In this document: positions 1-9,791 of the stretch, piece by piece
Layout of the letters: each line of letters opens with the position of its first letter
Position numbering within the stretch: the stretch's first letter is position 1
DNA from: Anaerohalosphaera lusitana
Lineage (GTDB): Bacteria > Planctomycetota > Phycisphaerae > Sedimentisphaerales > Anaerohalosphaeraceae
DNA length: 64,000 bases
Direction: 5' to 3'
Assembly: GCF_002007645.1 (NCBI RefSeq)
Contig: NZ_CP019791.1
Location: forward strand, 2,904,593 to 2,968,592
Notes under the pieces: model-generated
The model's input: the letters and a program-made list of their open reading frames with translations, nothing else
Database searches by the model: none
Told to the model about the DNA's origin: nothing
Position numbers and translations under genes: made by a program

Positions 1-1
1 T

Positions 2-625
2 TCTCTGGAAAACATTCAGGCCAATGCGGACAGGCTCGTAGAGGTCGCAAACCGTCATTATGCGATGTCAGTTCTGGTATACATAGGTGTATACATTATT
101 GTAGCTGCGTTCTCCTTACCCGGCGCAGCCGTGCTGACCATCGCCGCTGGTTTCGTCTATACCGCCCTGCCGGCAGCGATATACACCAATGCTGGGGCGA
201 CAGGCGGGGCATTTTTGGCGTTTCTGTTTGCCAGGTACATCGCAGGCAATTTGCTGCAGAAACGTTTTGCAAAGAAACTGGCCAGGTTCAACAAGGAACT
301 CGAAACACATGGAGCACATTACCTGCTTACACTGCGATTCATACCGATTTTTCCATTCTTTCTGATCAATCTTTGTGCCGGACTGACCAAGGTCAAGGTC
401 TGGACATTTATATGGACAACATCGCTTGGAATTTTCCCTGGCTCCTTGATATATGCCTTCGCGGGCCAGACATTCGGTACGATCGAGTCGGTCAGGGACA
501 TCTTCTCATGGCAGGTATTAGCGATGTTCACTCTTCTGGCCTTGCTCGCCATCGTCCCGGTCTTGTACCGTAAATTCATCAGCCCCAGACGTGAGTCGAA
601 TAAGACAAAAGCAGCCAACACCTGA
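2..625 (+). CDS. DedA/TVP38/TMEM64 family membrane protein, 5' partial (frame open to window start)
   Basis: Hydrophobic protein with the DedA-type signature (RFIPIFPFFLINLCAGL, G-rich N-terminal helix). The reading frame is open upstream of the first ATG at 65 back to base 2, so the gene is truncated by the window edge. Confidence 0.7.
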   Translation, partial: SLENIQANADRLVEVANRHYAMSVLVYIGVYIIVAAFSLPGAAVLTIAAGFVYTALPAAIYTNAGATGGAFLAFLFARYIAGNLLQKRFAKKLARFNKELETHGAHYLLTLRFIPIFPFFLINLCAGLTKVKVWTFIWTTSLGIFPGSLIYAFAGQTFGTIESVRDIFSWQVLAMFTLLALLAIVPVLYRKFISPRRESNKTKAANT

Positions 626-669
626 GCACTTAACCCGTCCCACGTAATTGTAGCACAAACCCTTTCATA

Positions 670-714
670 CTACATTTTTGTAGCGATACTGCCATCTCGC
701 TACATTTTTGTCGA
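670..714. promoter_or_regulatory. Tandem pair of 14-bp palindromes (CTACA-N4-TGTAG) about 100-135 bp upstream of the amtB sigma54 promoter; candidate enhancer-binding sites
   Basis: Site A 670-683 CTACATTTTTGTAG is a perfect palindrome. Site B 699-714 GCTACATTTTTGTCGA is a degenerate copy. Centres are 30 bp apart. Confidence 0.5.
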
Positions 715-804
715 ACTACAACAGAGACATCGCAATCAGCACACACCCACATAACTATATACCTAACAACAGCTTACATTCTTTTTGTAATTATTTTTCT
801 TTTC

Positions 805-820
805 TGGCACAGCAGTTGTA
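805..820 (+). promoter_or_regulatory. Sigma54-like -24/-12 promoter upstream of amtB (TGGCAC-N5-TTGTA)
   Basis: TGGCACagcagTTGTA. Perfect -24 element with correct spacing; the -12 is GT rather than the consensus GC. About 85 bp before the amtB start. Confidence 0.4.
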
Positions 821-903
821 ATAGTAGCAAATCAGTTCTTTGTTTTCGCGAAGCAGAGGCGTCAGGTAAAACAATAGCCACCAATCTTTTTAAGGACTGA
901 CAG

Positions 904-2292
904 ATGCTTATGAAAAACTGGTTTCCGAAAAGCCTTGCTGCTTTGGGGCTCATCTTGGCATTATGCAGCAATACAGCCCTGGCAGACAGTACAAGTGAAG
1001 CTGCCAACGTCGACCTGAATCTGGTTACAGAACAACTGCAGAATAACATCAACATAGCATGGACATGCCTGGCCGCTTTCCTGGTGTTCTTTATGCAGGC
1101 CGGTTTTGCCATGGTAGAGACAGGTTTCACTCGGGCAAAGAACGCCGTCAATATTATCATGAAAAATTTGATGGACTTCAGCATTGGCTCGCTGGCCTTT
1201 TTTGTAGTTGGATTCGGACTCATGTTCGGCGCTAGTAATGGTTTCTGGGGTGCCAGCGATTTCGCGATGTTCAACCTGCCGGCAGATGACAAGGACTGGA
1301 GCTACACTTTCCTGCTGTTCCAGACTGTCTTCGCAGGCACAGCGGCAACTATTGTTTCAGGTGCCATGGCCGGACGGACCAAGTTTAAATCGTATTTGAT
1401 CTACAGCGTATTCATCTGCGGATTCATATATCCGATCTTTGGCTCATGGGCATGGGGCAGCCTGTTCAACGGCGGCGGCTGGCTTGAGAAACTGGGTTTC
1501 GTGGATTTCGCTGGATCAACCGTTGTCCACTCACTGGGCGGTTGGCTTGCACTTGCGGGCGCTATAGTCCTTGGACCGCGTATCGGCAAGTACGGACCTA
1601 ACGGCAAATCCAACGCTATCATGGGACACAATATCACTTTGGCGGCACTGGGCGTATTCATCCTCTGGTTCGGCTGGTTCGGATTCAATCCGGGAAGCAC
1701 GACCTTTGGAGATGGCGCTATCGGAAGGATAGCATTGACTACGAATCTCTCGGCTGTCGCCGGTGCGATCACCGCCATGGCAACAACCTGGTTTATCACC
1801 AAAAAACCCGATGCTTCCATGTCCCTCAATGGTGCTTTGGCCGGTCTGGTCGCAATCACAGCAGGCTGTGCAACCGTCACCCCTAACGGCGCATTGTGGA
1901 TTGGAGCGATATCTGGTGTACTCGTGGTTCTCAGCGTAATCTTTATCGACAGTGTGCTGAAAATCGATGACCCGGTTGGTGCTGTATCCGTCCATGGCGT
2001 TTGCGGCATGTTCGGCACACTGGCATGCGGCCTGTTCAATGCCGAAGGTGTGATCGGCACAGGAGATAGCACAGGTCTTTTCTACGGGGGCGGGATCGGA
2101 CAGTTTTTCGTGCAGGCAGCAGGCGCATTTGCATGCCTGGCATGGGCGTTCGTGGTCGGCCTTGCAATGTTCATGCTGATCAAAAAGACGGTTGGGATTC
2201 GCGTTACGGCTGAGGAAGAGCTCAAAGGACTGGATATCACTGAACACGGCATGGAATCCTACAGCGGCTTCCAGATATTCAGTACAACCTGA
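904..2292 (+). CDS. amtB: Ammonium transporter Amt
   Basis: 462 aa, signal peptide then 11 TM helices. Classic Amt motifs are present (DFAGSTVVHSLGGWLALAGAIVLGPR, WFGWFGFN). Followed at 49 bp by a P-II gene. Confidence 0.92.
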   Translation: MLMKNWFPKSLAALGLILALCSNTALADSTSEAANVDLNLVTEQLQNNINIAWTCLAAFLVFFMQAGFAMVETGFTRAKNAVNIIMKNLMDFSIGSLAFFVVGFGLMFGASNGFWGASDFAMFNLPADDKDWSYTFLLFQTVFAGTAATIVSGAMAGRTKFKSYLIYSVFICGFIYPIFGSWAWGSLFNGGGWLEKLGFVDFAGSTVVHSLGGWLALAGAIVLGPRIGKYGPNGKSNAIMGHNITLAALGVFILWFGWFGFNPGSTTFGDGAIGRIALTTNLSAVAGAITAMATTWFITKKPDASMSLNGALAGLVAITAGCATVTPNGALWIGAISGVLVVLSVIFIDSVLKIDDPVGAVSVHGVCGMFGTLACGLFNAEGVIGTGDSTGLFYGGGIGQFFVQAAGAFACLAWAFVVGLAMFMLIKKTVGIRVTAEEELKGLDITEHGMESYSGFQIFSTT

Positions 2293-2341
2293 TATAAGTT
2301 ATGACAGAAAAAAATAACACATACTTTACGGAGACAGATTA

Positions 2342-2683
2342 ATGAAACTCATCATTGCCTACATTCAGCCACACAAGCTCGAAGAAGTAAAACAGGAGCT
2401 AGCGAAAGCGGAAGTAGCTAAAATGTCAGTAACCAATTCCCTGGGCTGCGGAGCACAGCAGGGTTACCATGAAAGCTACCGCGGCGTTGAATTCGATGTA
2501 AATCTGCTTAAAAAGGTACGTCTTGAGATAGCTGTTTCACAACCCTATGTAGAGAAAACCATCGACGCCATCATAAAAGGTGCTAAAACCGGCGAGATCG
2601 GGGATGGCAAGATATTTATACTGCCCCTGGAAGACTGCATAAGGGTCAGAACCGGTGAACGCGGCAGAGAGGCGATAGGCTAG
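2342..2683 (+). CDS. glnK: Nitrogen regulatory protein P-II
   Basis: 113 aa. P-II fold sequence [10 protein letters not shown]...GDGKIFI, with the T-loop tyrosine context ESYRG. Canonical amtB-glnK pairing. Confidence 0.9.
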   Translation: MKLIIAYIQPHKLEEVKQELAKAEVAKMSVTNSLGCGAQQGYHESYRGVEFDVNLLKKVRLEIAVSQPYVEKTIDAIIKGAKTGEIGDGKIFILPLEDCIRVRTGERGREAIG

Positions 2684-2692
2684 AAGCAGGTT

Positions 2693-2739
2693 GCTACATT
2701 TTTGTATTGCCTATTTTATCGTACTACGTTTTTGTAGCA
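2693..2739. promoter_or_regulatory. Second tandem pair of the same palindrome upstream of the glnN sigma54 promoter
   Basis: Site C 2693-2708 GCTACATTTTTGTATT and site D 2723-2739 ACTACGTTTTTGTAGCA. Centres 31 bp apart, about 95 bp upstream of the -24 element. Same architecture as at amtB. Confidence 0.5.
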
Positions 2740-2825
2740 GTACGAAAATACAAAAAGTTTTGCTTATAATAGATAATGCATTGCCAACAAAGAACTTATC
2801 AGTACAATGTAAGATATATTTTTGC

Positions 2826-2841
2826 TGGCACAATATTTGCA
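2826..2841 (+). promoter_or_regulatory. Canonical sigma54 -24/-12 promoter upstream of glnN (TGGCAC-N5-TTGCA)
   Basis: TGGCACaatatTTGCA matches the RpoN consensus TGGCACG-N4-TTGCW at every conserved position. About 85 bp upstream of the glnN ATG. Confidence 0.7.
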
Positions 2842-2924
2842 CATTTAACCCACATAGCAGCTAAGGGTGTATCAAAATACAGAACAATTTTCACAATGAA
2901 ATCATGACCAGGAGAAACTGAACA

Positions 2925-5033
2925 ATGAGTGATTGTTTTCTACCAACAACAGAAGTATTCGGATCGAACGTTTTCAACGATTCATGCATGCGGGAACGGC
3001 TCCCAAAGAATATCTACAAGGCCTTTCGAAGAACCATCGAGAACCGTGAGCCGTTGGCACATGAAGTCGCAGATGTAATTGCCAATGCAATGAAGGACTG
3101 GGCGATCGAGAAAGGCGCAACTCACTTCTGTCACTGGTTCCAGCCGATGACAGGGCTTACCGCTGAAAAGCATGATTCGTTCATCTCGCCGACGTCCGAG
3201 GGCAAGGTACTTATGGAGTTCAGCGGAAAAGAGCTTACCAAGGGCGAACCCGATGCGAGCTCATTCCCCTCAGGCGGCCTTAGAGCAACATTTGAAGCAC
3301 GTGGTTACACCGCATGGGACTGCACTTCGCCTGTATTCGTCAAAGAGGACGGCAAGAACATCACCCTGCACATTCCTTCGGCATTCTGTTCCTACAACGG
3401 CGATGCTCTCGACAAGAAGACTCCTCTGCTTCGTTCGATGGACTCCCTCGATAAGCAGGGAATGAGGGTGTTGCGAGCGTTGGGAAACACCACCTCAAAC
3501 CATGTTGAAGCTACCCTGGGTCCTGAGCAGGAATACTTCCTGATCGATAAGGAATACTTCGAAAAGCGTCTTGACCTCGTTCTGGCCAAGAGAACGCTCT
3601 TCGGTGCCCCCTCGCCTCGCGGACAGGAAATGGACGACCACTACTTCGGCACACTGCACGAAAGAGTTGCTTCTTTCATGCACGAAGTCAACACTGAACT
3701 GTGGAAACTGGGCGTCTCAGCTAAGACACAGCACAATGAAGTATCACCGGCTCAGTACGAGATCGCTCCCGTGTTCACCACAGTCAACGTGGCGACCGAC
3801 CACAACCAACTGACGATGGAAGTGCTTGAACAGGTTGCACTGCGACACGACTTTGTCTGTCTGCTGAATGAGAAGCCATTTGCCGGTGTGAACGGTTCAG
3901 GTAAGCACGTAAACTGGAGTGCATGCACAGATGACGGTATCAACCTCCTCGAGCCAGGCACAACACCGCATGACAACATGGTTTTCCTGCTGTTCCTCAG
4001 TGCGGTAATCCGCGGTGTTGACAAGTATGCAAAACTTATGCGTGCCAGTGTGGCAAACACAGGCAACGAACACCGCCTGGGTGCAAACGAGGCACCACCT
4101 GCCATCGTTTCAATATTCCTCGGCGATCAACTAATGGACATTTTCGAGCAGCTCGCTAATGGCGGCGCAAAGTCCTCCAAACAGGGTGGAAACCTCAAGC
4201 TTGGTGCATCCACACTGCCGAATCTGCCCAAGGATTGTACCGATCGTAACAGAACTTCGCCGTTCGCATTTACAGGCAACAAGTTCGAGTTCAGGATGCC
4301 CGGTTCTACGCAATCGTCAGCGGGACCTGCTTATGTCATCAACACCATCGTAGCAGATGTTCTTGCAGAGTTTGCAGAGGAACTGGAAGCTTCCGATGAT
4401 ATGGAGAAGACGCTGGAAGAAATCCTGGCAAGAGTCGCTAAGGATCACAAGCATGTAATCTTCAACGGCGACAACTATACTGACGACTGGGTAAAAGAAG
4501 CAGAGAAACGTGGTCTTCCGAATATGCCTTCCACAGTTGAAGCTTTTAAGTCTATCCCGGACAAGGAGCACGTCGAGCTGTTCGAGCGTCAAAAGGTTCT
4601 CACAGAAAGAGAGCTGCATGCAAGAACCGAGATACTTCTGGAAGCATACGGCCATGAAAAGGCCATTGAAGCAAAGTCTATGGTCAACATGGCAAAAAGG
4701 CAGATCATGCCCGCAGCCGTTGAATATGCCGAGAGGCTGGCAAGCAGCATTAACGCGGTAACCAGCGCAGGCGTCACGAGCACCTCTCAAAAGAAAATGC
4801 TCGAGAAGTTCTGCTCTCTGATCGATGCTCTGGATGACAGCACTGCAAAGCTGGAAGTCGCTGTTGCTGAAGCTGCACAGATCGAAGATATTCCGGAAAA
4901 GGCTGAGTATTACCGCGACAAGGTTGTCGCAGCTATGACGGCCGTCAGAAGTGTTGCAGACGAGATTGAGACTGTCGTTGACGCTAAAATCTGGCCCTTG
5001 CCGACCTATGCGGAGATGCTTTTCTTAAAATAA
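2925..5033 (+). CDS. glnN: Glutamine synthetase type III (GSIII)
   Basis: 702 aa, the length and domain order of GlnN-type GS (N-terminal GSIII domain, catalytic gln-synt C core, C-terminal extension). AGGAG RBS 10 nt upstream. Preceded by a canonical sigma54 promoter. Confidence 0.88.
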   Translation: MSDCFLPTTEVFGSNVFNDSCMRERLPKNIYKAFRRTIENREPLAHEVADVIANAMKDWAIEKGATHFCHWFQPMTGLTAEKHDSFISPTSEGKVLMEFSGKELTKGEPDASSFPSGGLRATFEARGYTAWDCTSPVFVKEDGKNITLHIPSAFCSYNGDALDKKTPLLRSMDSLDKQGMRVLRALGNTTSNHVEATLGPEQEYFLIDKEYFEKRLDLVLAKRTLFGAPSPRGQEMDDHYFGTLHERVASFMHEVNTELWKLGVSAKTQHNEVSPAQYEIAPVFTTVNVATDHNQLTMEVLEQVALRHDFVCLLNEKPFAGVNGSGKHVNWSACTDDGINLLEPGTTPHDNMVFLLFLSAVIRGVDKYAKLMRASVANTGNEHRLGANEAPPAIVSIFLGDQLMDIFEQLANGGAKSSKQGGNLKLGASTLPNLPKDCTDRNRTSPFAFTGNKFEFRMPGSTQSSAGPAYVINTIVADVLAEFAEELEASDDMEKTLEEILARVAKDHKHVIFNGDNYTDDWVKEAEKRGLPNMPSTVEAFKSIPDKEHVELFERQKVLTERELHARTEILLEAYGHEKAIEAKSMVNMAKRQIMPAAVEYAERLASSINAVTSAGVTSTSQKKMLEKFCSLIDALDDSTAKLEVAVAEAAQIEDIPEKAEYYRDKVVAAMTAVRSVADEIETVVDAKIWPLPTYAEMLFLK

Positions 5034-5070
5034 GTTAAATCAACCTCCCAGATACAGTGCAGTACCTATA

Positions 5071-5105
5071 CCCTGCCAGGTTTGATGCCCGGCAGGGTGT
5101 TTTGC
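5071..5105 (+). terminator. Rho-independent terminator after glnN
   Basis: CCCTGCCAGG-tttgatg-CCCGGCAGGG (10-bp stem, one mismatch) followed by TGTTTTG. Confidence 0.6.
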
Positions 5106-5240
5106 GCGAAGAGGTTTTTGGGATCGTCAAAAAGATTTGCAAAGCTTTTCGGTTTAAATGAACCGCTGGGAGTCCAGATAACTATCTATAGCGAAAGACT
5201 GAGGACTTTGTCTGAGCCACAATCCTGAAAGGAGTATATT

Positions 5241-8200
5241 TTGCAGCAGCCACACGACCAGGGCCTTTACAGAGCTGAAAATGAACATGATGCCTGTGGA
5301 ATAGGTGCAGTTGCCAACATCTCCGGCAAAAAAAGCCATTCCATCATTGAATACGGCAAGGAAATCCTTGAAAACCTTCACCACCGAGGCGCTGCAGGCG
5401 CAGATGAAGTAACCGGCGATGGCGCGGGGATACTCTCGCAGATTCCACATAAACTATTCTCAGCAGAAGCGAAAAAGGGCGGTTTTGAACTCCCCAACCC
5501 AGGCGAGTATGGAGTCGGCATGGTTTTTGAGCCCAAAGACAAGGCCTCGGCTAACGAATGTGAAAAGATACTGGAAGCATCCGTCATACGCTATGGTTTG
5601 AAGGTTTTGGGATGGCGCGATGTTCCATTTGATAACAGTTGCCTGGCCGAACTTGCACTTGTGGCCGAGCCGAAGATCCGCCAGGTATTTGTAGACGGAG
5701 CGGGAACTGAACCCGAAGAGCTCGAAAGAAAGTTCTACATGGCGCGAAAACGAACGCACAGACTCGTTCGTGAACAGTTGGGCGACGACGGCCAGGATTT
5801 CTATATCTGCAGCATGTCGGCCAGAACCATCTGCTATAAAGGCATGTTCATGGCCTGGCAGCTATTCACCTATTACCCCGATCTTGCCGACAAACGTTTT
5901 GAGTCCGCACTTGCGATCGTGCACCAGCGATACAGCACCAATACATTCCCCAACTGGAAGCTCGCACAGCCCTTCCGTATGATCGCTCACAATGGTGAGA
6001 TAAACACGCTCAGCGGAAACCGCAATTGTGCGAAAGCTCGCGAGAGCAGGATGCGTTCCGATTTGTTCGGCGACGATCTCGACGATCTCAGGCCCATCCT
6101 GTCCGAGAGCGGAAGTGACTCGGCCTGCTTTGACAATATGCTCGAGCTGCTTGTTCGCGGCGGACGCAGCATGCCGCACTCGATGATGATGATGGTCCCC
6201 GAAGCGTTTGGCAGTGAATACCACATCAGCCGTGATAAACGCGCATTCTATGAATACCACGCGGCATTGATGGAGCCGTGGGACGGACCTGCAGCTATGC
6301 TGTTTACAGACGGCAAATTCCTCGGCGGTACGCTCGACCGCAACGGTCTTCGGCCGAGCAGATATCTGGTCACAACAGACGGTCTTGCCGTAGTCGCCAG
6401 TGAAACCGGCGTCGTAAACTTCCCTACCGAACGCATTCAGCAGAAAGGACGGCTCAGGCCTGGCAAGATGTTCCTGATCGATACCGAGCAGGGACGCATA
6501 GTCACCGACAACGAGATCAAGAGCAAGATAGCACGACAGAAGCCCTACAGACGCTGGCTCGACGAGAATAGGATCGAACTTAGAGGCCTGTTCGATACAC
6601 CCTCACTGGTAGATTGTGACGAACAAACCCTCAGGGAAAGACTCCGTATCTTCGGTTATACTCGGGAGGAATTGAGCAAGATAATCACTCCAATGGCCGC
6701 CAACGGCCAGGAACCGATAGGCTCAATGGGTAATGACGCCCCCCTCGCGGTGCTTTCTGATAAGCCGAACCTTCTGTTCAACTACTTCAAGCAGCGGTTC
6801 GCTCAGGTGACTAACCCGCCCATCGATCCGCTCCGCGAAGGTCTGGTGATGAGCCTGATGATGTTCACTGGAAAAAGGCGAAACATCCTCGAAGAAACGC
6901 CCGAGCACTGCCATCAGCTTAAGCTACCCCACCCGATATTGACAAACGACGATCTGAACAGACTTCGCAACGCTCACCTGAAAGATTTTAAAACAGCGAC
7001 CGTTGATGCGATCTTTGATGCAAATGCCGAGAATCCGGAACAAAGTCTGCGGCAGGGATTGGAATATCTTGTCGACTCGGCAGCAAAGGCGGTTGAGGAA
7101 GGCGCATGCATTGTAATTATCAGCGATGTAAACGCCAGCGAGCAAATGGCACCAATTCCCTCACTGCTGGCCACAAGCGCCGTCCATCACGGCCTGCTCA
7201 AACGCGGTCTGAGAGGTGATGCCGGCGTCTTCGTTGAAACGGGTGAAGCCCGCGAGGTCATGCACTTCTGCCTGCTGACCGGATACGGCGCTAACGCGGT
7301 CAATCCCTACGCTGTCTTCCAGACCATCCACAACCTCTATAAGCAAGGCGAATTCGGCGAAGACATCGATCCGGTGAACCTTGCGAACAACTACATCACG
7401 GCTGTGAAAAAGGGCATCCTCAAGACGATGAGCAAGATGGGTATCTCAACCCTTCGCAGCTATCATATGGCTCAATTGTTCGAAGCCATTGGCCTGAACA
7501 AAGGCTTTTTGGATGAATATTTTGTCGGAACCAGTTCGACCATTGAAGGCGTAGGTCTCGCTCAAATAGCAGAAGAAACTGTCAAAAGACACAAGAAGGC
7601 ATTTACCAAACCGGAACCCGGCCAACTTGATATCGAGTTCGGCGGCGACTATACATACAGACGTGACGGTGAACACCATCTCTGGAACCCGACCAGCGTC
7701 GCACGTTTACAGCATGCTGTGAGATTCGATGACAAAAAAGCCTATGAGGAATTCGCCGAAGAGGTCAATGACCAGTCGCGTAAGCTGTCAACCCTTCGCG
7801 GCCTGTTCGAGCTCAAGACCGGTGATCCGATCCCGCTAGAGGAAGTTGAACCGGCAAGCGAGATCGTCAAGCGATTCTGTACTGGTGCAATGAGTCACGG
7901 TTCGATCAGCAAAGAGGCTCACGAGTGCATGGCGATCGCTATGAACCGCATCGGCGGAATGAGTAATACCGGTGAGGGCGGCGAGGACCCGGCAAGATAT
8001 GAGCTGGACGCAAACGGCGATGACCGCAACTGCGCGATCAAGCAAATTGCAAGCGGCCGATTCGGAGTGACTATAAACTATCTGGCCCATGCAAAGGAGA
8101 TCCAGATCAAGATGGCGCAGGGAGCCAAGCCCGGCGAAGGCGGACAGCTCCCCGGCAAGAAAGTCACCGAAGAGATCGCAAAGATGCGTTTTTCTACGCC

Positions 8201-9791
8201 AGGCGTTACACTGATTTCGCCGCCGCCCCACCATGACATTTATTCGATCGAAGACCTGGCACAGCTCATCTATGACCTCAAGTGCAGCAACCCGGGCGTG
8301 AAAGTTTCCGTCAAGCTCGTCTCCGAGGTCGGCGTCGGAACAGTCGCAGCAGGCGTCGCCAAGGGTAATGCTGACGAAGTTCTTATCAGCGGCCATGACG
8401 GTGGAACTGGCGCGAGCCCGCTTTCGTCGATCAAACATGCAGGCTGTCCCTGGGAGATCGGACTTGCCGAGGCGCAGCAGGTGCTGGTGATCAACGGCCT
8501 GCGGGACCGTATCAGGGTACAGGTTGACGGTCAGATGAAGACTGGACGAGATGTTGTTATCGGTGCACTTTTGGGCGCCGAGCAATTCGGTTTCGGTACT
8601 AGCGTACTGGTCACCATGGGATGTACCCTGCTGCGTAAATGTCATGAAGGAACATGCACCTTCGGTATTGCGACACAAAACCCGGACCTTCGTAAGCGGT
8701 TTGCCGGCACTGCCGATTGCATCGTCAGATATATGCACTTCGTCGCCGAAGAGGTTCGCTCATTGATGGCTCAGATGGGCTTCCGCGAATTCGACGATAT
8801 GGTCGGACAAGTCGAAAAGCTGCGTGTGAAAGACGCCGTTGATCATTACAAGGCGAAGGGACTGGATTTCAGCAAGGTCTTCTATCAGCCTGACGTTTCC
8901 GACGGCCGGGCGATTAGAAGGACCACCGATCAGATCGTCAAGATCGACGACCACATCGACTGGAAGATCATCGAGCAGGCTGAAGATGCTATCGAAAATA
9001 AAAAGAAAACAACCATAGAGTTGCCGATACGTAACATTGACCGAACAGTCGGAGCGATACTCAGCAATCGAATTGTCAAAAAGCACGGTCCTGCCGGTCT
9101 GCCTGACGACACACTGCAGATCGTATGTTCCGGCTCTGCAGGCCAAAGCTTCGGCGCATATCTGATCAACGGAGTCACGCTCAAGCTGCTTGGCGACTGC
9201 AACGACTATCTGGGCAAGAGCCTATCAGGCGGCCGGATAATCGTTGAAACGCCAGAATCGCCCTACCTGGCTCATGAAAACATCGCGGCAGGTAATACAA
9301 TTCTGTACGGTGCAACCACCGGCGAAGTATTCATCAACGGCATGGCCGGCGAACGTTTCGCGGTACGAAACAGCGGCGCCACATCGGTTGTCGAAGGTGT
9401 CGGCGACCACGGCTGTGAGTATATGACCGGCGGAACGGTCGTAGTACTCGGCCAGACCGGGCGCAACTTCGCAGCCGGTATGAGCGGTGGAATTGCATAC
9501 GTCTTCGATGACATGCAGCTTTTCGATACGCTTTGCAACCTTGACATGGTTGAACTCGAAACGGTCTGGCGGGAAGAGGACAAGAAGGTCCTGCGTGAAC
9601 TGATCGAAAGACATTCCGTGCTCACCAATTCCACTCGTGCCCAGCGAATACTTCGCGGCTGGGTCGACATGGTGGGCAAATTCGTCAAGGTCATTCCGAT
9701 CGACTACAGAAAGGCACTCGAGAAAATGAGAGCGAACGAACAAAGAGATACTGAGATGACCCCTGCAACTGAGGAGGTTTTCAATGGCTGA
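5241..9791 (+). CDS. gltB: Glutamate synthase large subunit (NADPH-GOGAT alpha)
   Basis: 1516 aa. N-terminal amidotransferase Cys in CGIGAV, central FMN/GltS domain and C-terminal GXGXG domain. TTG start with a GGAG RBS 6 nt upstream. Confidence 0.95.
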   Translation: MQQPHDQGLYRAENEHDACGIGAVANISGKKSHSIIEYGKEILENLHHRGAAGADEVTGDGAGILSQIPHKLFSAEAKKGGFELPNPGEYGVGMVFEPKDKASANECEKILEASVIRYGLKVLGWRDVPFDNSCLAELALVAEPKIRQVFVDGAGTEPEELERKFYMARKRTHRLVREQLGDDGQDFYICSMSARTICYKGMFMAWQLFTYYPDLADKRFESALAIVHQRYSTNTFPNWKLAQPFRMIAHNGEINTLSGNRNCAKARESRMRSDLFGDDLDDLRPILSESGSDSACFDNMLELLVRGGRSMPHSMMMMVPEAFGSEYHISRDKRAFYEYHAALMEPWDGPAAMLFTDGKFLGGTLDRNGLRPSRYLVTTDGLAVVASETGVVNFPTERIQQKGRLRPGKMFLIDTEQGRIVTDNEIKSKIARQKPYRRWLDENRIELRGLFDTPSLVDCDEQTLRERLRIFGYTREELSKIITPMAANGQEPIGSMGNDAPLAVLSDKPNLLFNYFKQRFAQVTNPPIDPLREGLVMSLMMFTGKRRNILEETPEHCHQLKLPHPILTNDDLNRLRNAHLKDFKTATVDAIFDANAENPEQSLRQGLEYLVDSAAKAVEEGACIVIISDVNASEQMAPIPSLLATSAVHHGLLKRGLRGDAGVFVETGEAREVMHFCLLTGYGANAVNPYAVFQTIHNLYKQGEFGEDIDPVNLANNYITAVKKGILKTMSKMGISTLRSYHMAQLFEAIGLNKGFLDEYFVGTSSTIEGVGLAQIAEETVKRHKKAFTKPEPGQLDIEFGGDYTYRRDGEHHLWNPTSVARLQHAVRFDDKKAYEEFAEEVNDQSRKLSTLRGLFELKTGDPIPLEEVEPASEIVKRFCTGAMSHGSISKEAHECMAIAMNRIGGMSNTGEGGEDPARYELDANGDDRNCAIKQIASGRFGVTINYLAHAKEIQIKMAQGAKPGEGGQLPGKKVTEEIAKMRFSTPGVTLISPPPHHDIYSIEDLAQLIYDLKCSNPGVKVSVKLVSEVGVGTVAAGVAKGNADEVLISGHDGGTGASPLSSIKHAGCPWEIGLAEAQQVLVINGLRDRIRVQVDGQMKTGRDVVIGALLGAEQFGFGTSVLVTMGCTLLRKCHEGTCTFGIATQNPDLRKRFAGTADCIVRYMHFVAEEVRSLMAQMGFREFDDMVGQVEKLRVKDAVDHYKAKGLDFSKVFYQPDVSDGRAIRRTTDQIVKIDDHIDWKIIEQAEDAIENKKKTTIELPIRNIDRTVGAILSNRIVKKHGPAGLPDDTLQIVCSGSAGQSFGAYLINGVTLKLLGDCNDYLGKSLSGGRIIVETPESPYLAHENIAAGNTILYGATTGEVFINGMAGERFAVRNSGATSVVEGVGDHGCEYMTGGTVVVLGQTGRNFAAGMSGGIAYVFDDMQLFDTLCNLDMVELETVWREEDKKVLRELIERHSVLTNSTRAQRILRGWVDMVGKFVKVIPIDYRKALEKMRANEQRDTEMTPATEEVFNG

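Noticed and set aside
1401-2247. Minus-strand ORFs (223 and 238 aa) inside amtB
   Set aside because: Fully antisense to a confidently identified gene; Pro/Ala/Arg-rich low-complexity translation typical of shadow ORFs in GC-rich DNA.
5106-5240. Searched for a sigma54 promoter and the CTACA-N4-TGTAG palindrome upstream of gltB
   Set aside because: No GG-N10-GC element with correct spacing and no copy of the palindrome. gltBD appears to be read from a different promoter or by read-through past the glnN terminator.
7836-8738. 300-aa minus-strand ORF inside gltB
   Set aside because: Antisense to gltB; Cys/Arg/Asp-rich composition, no motifs; gltB coding signal is unambiguous.
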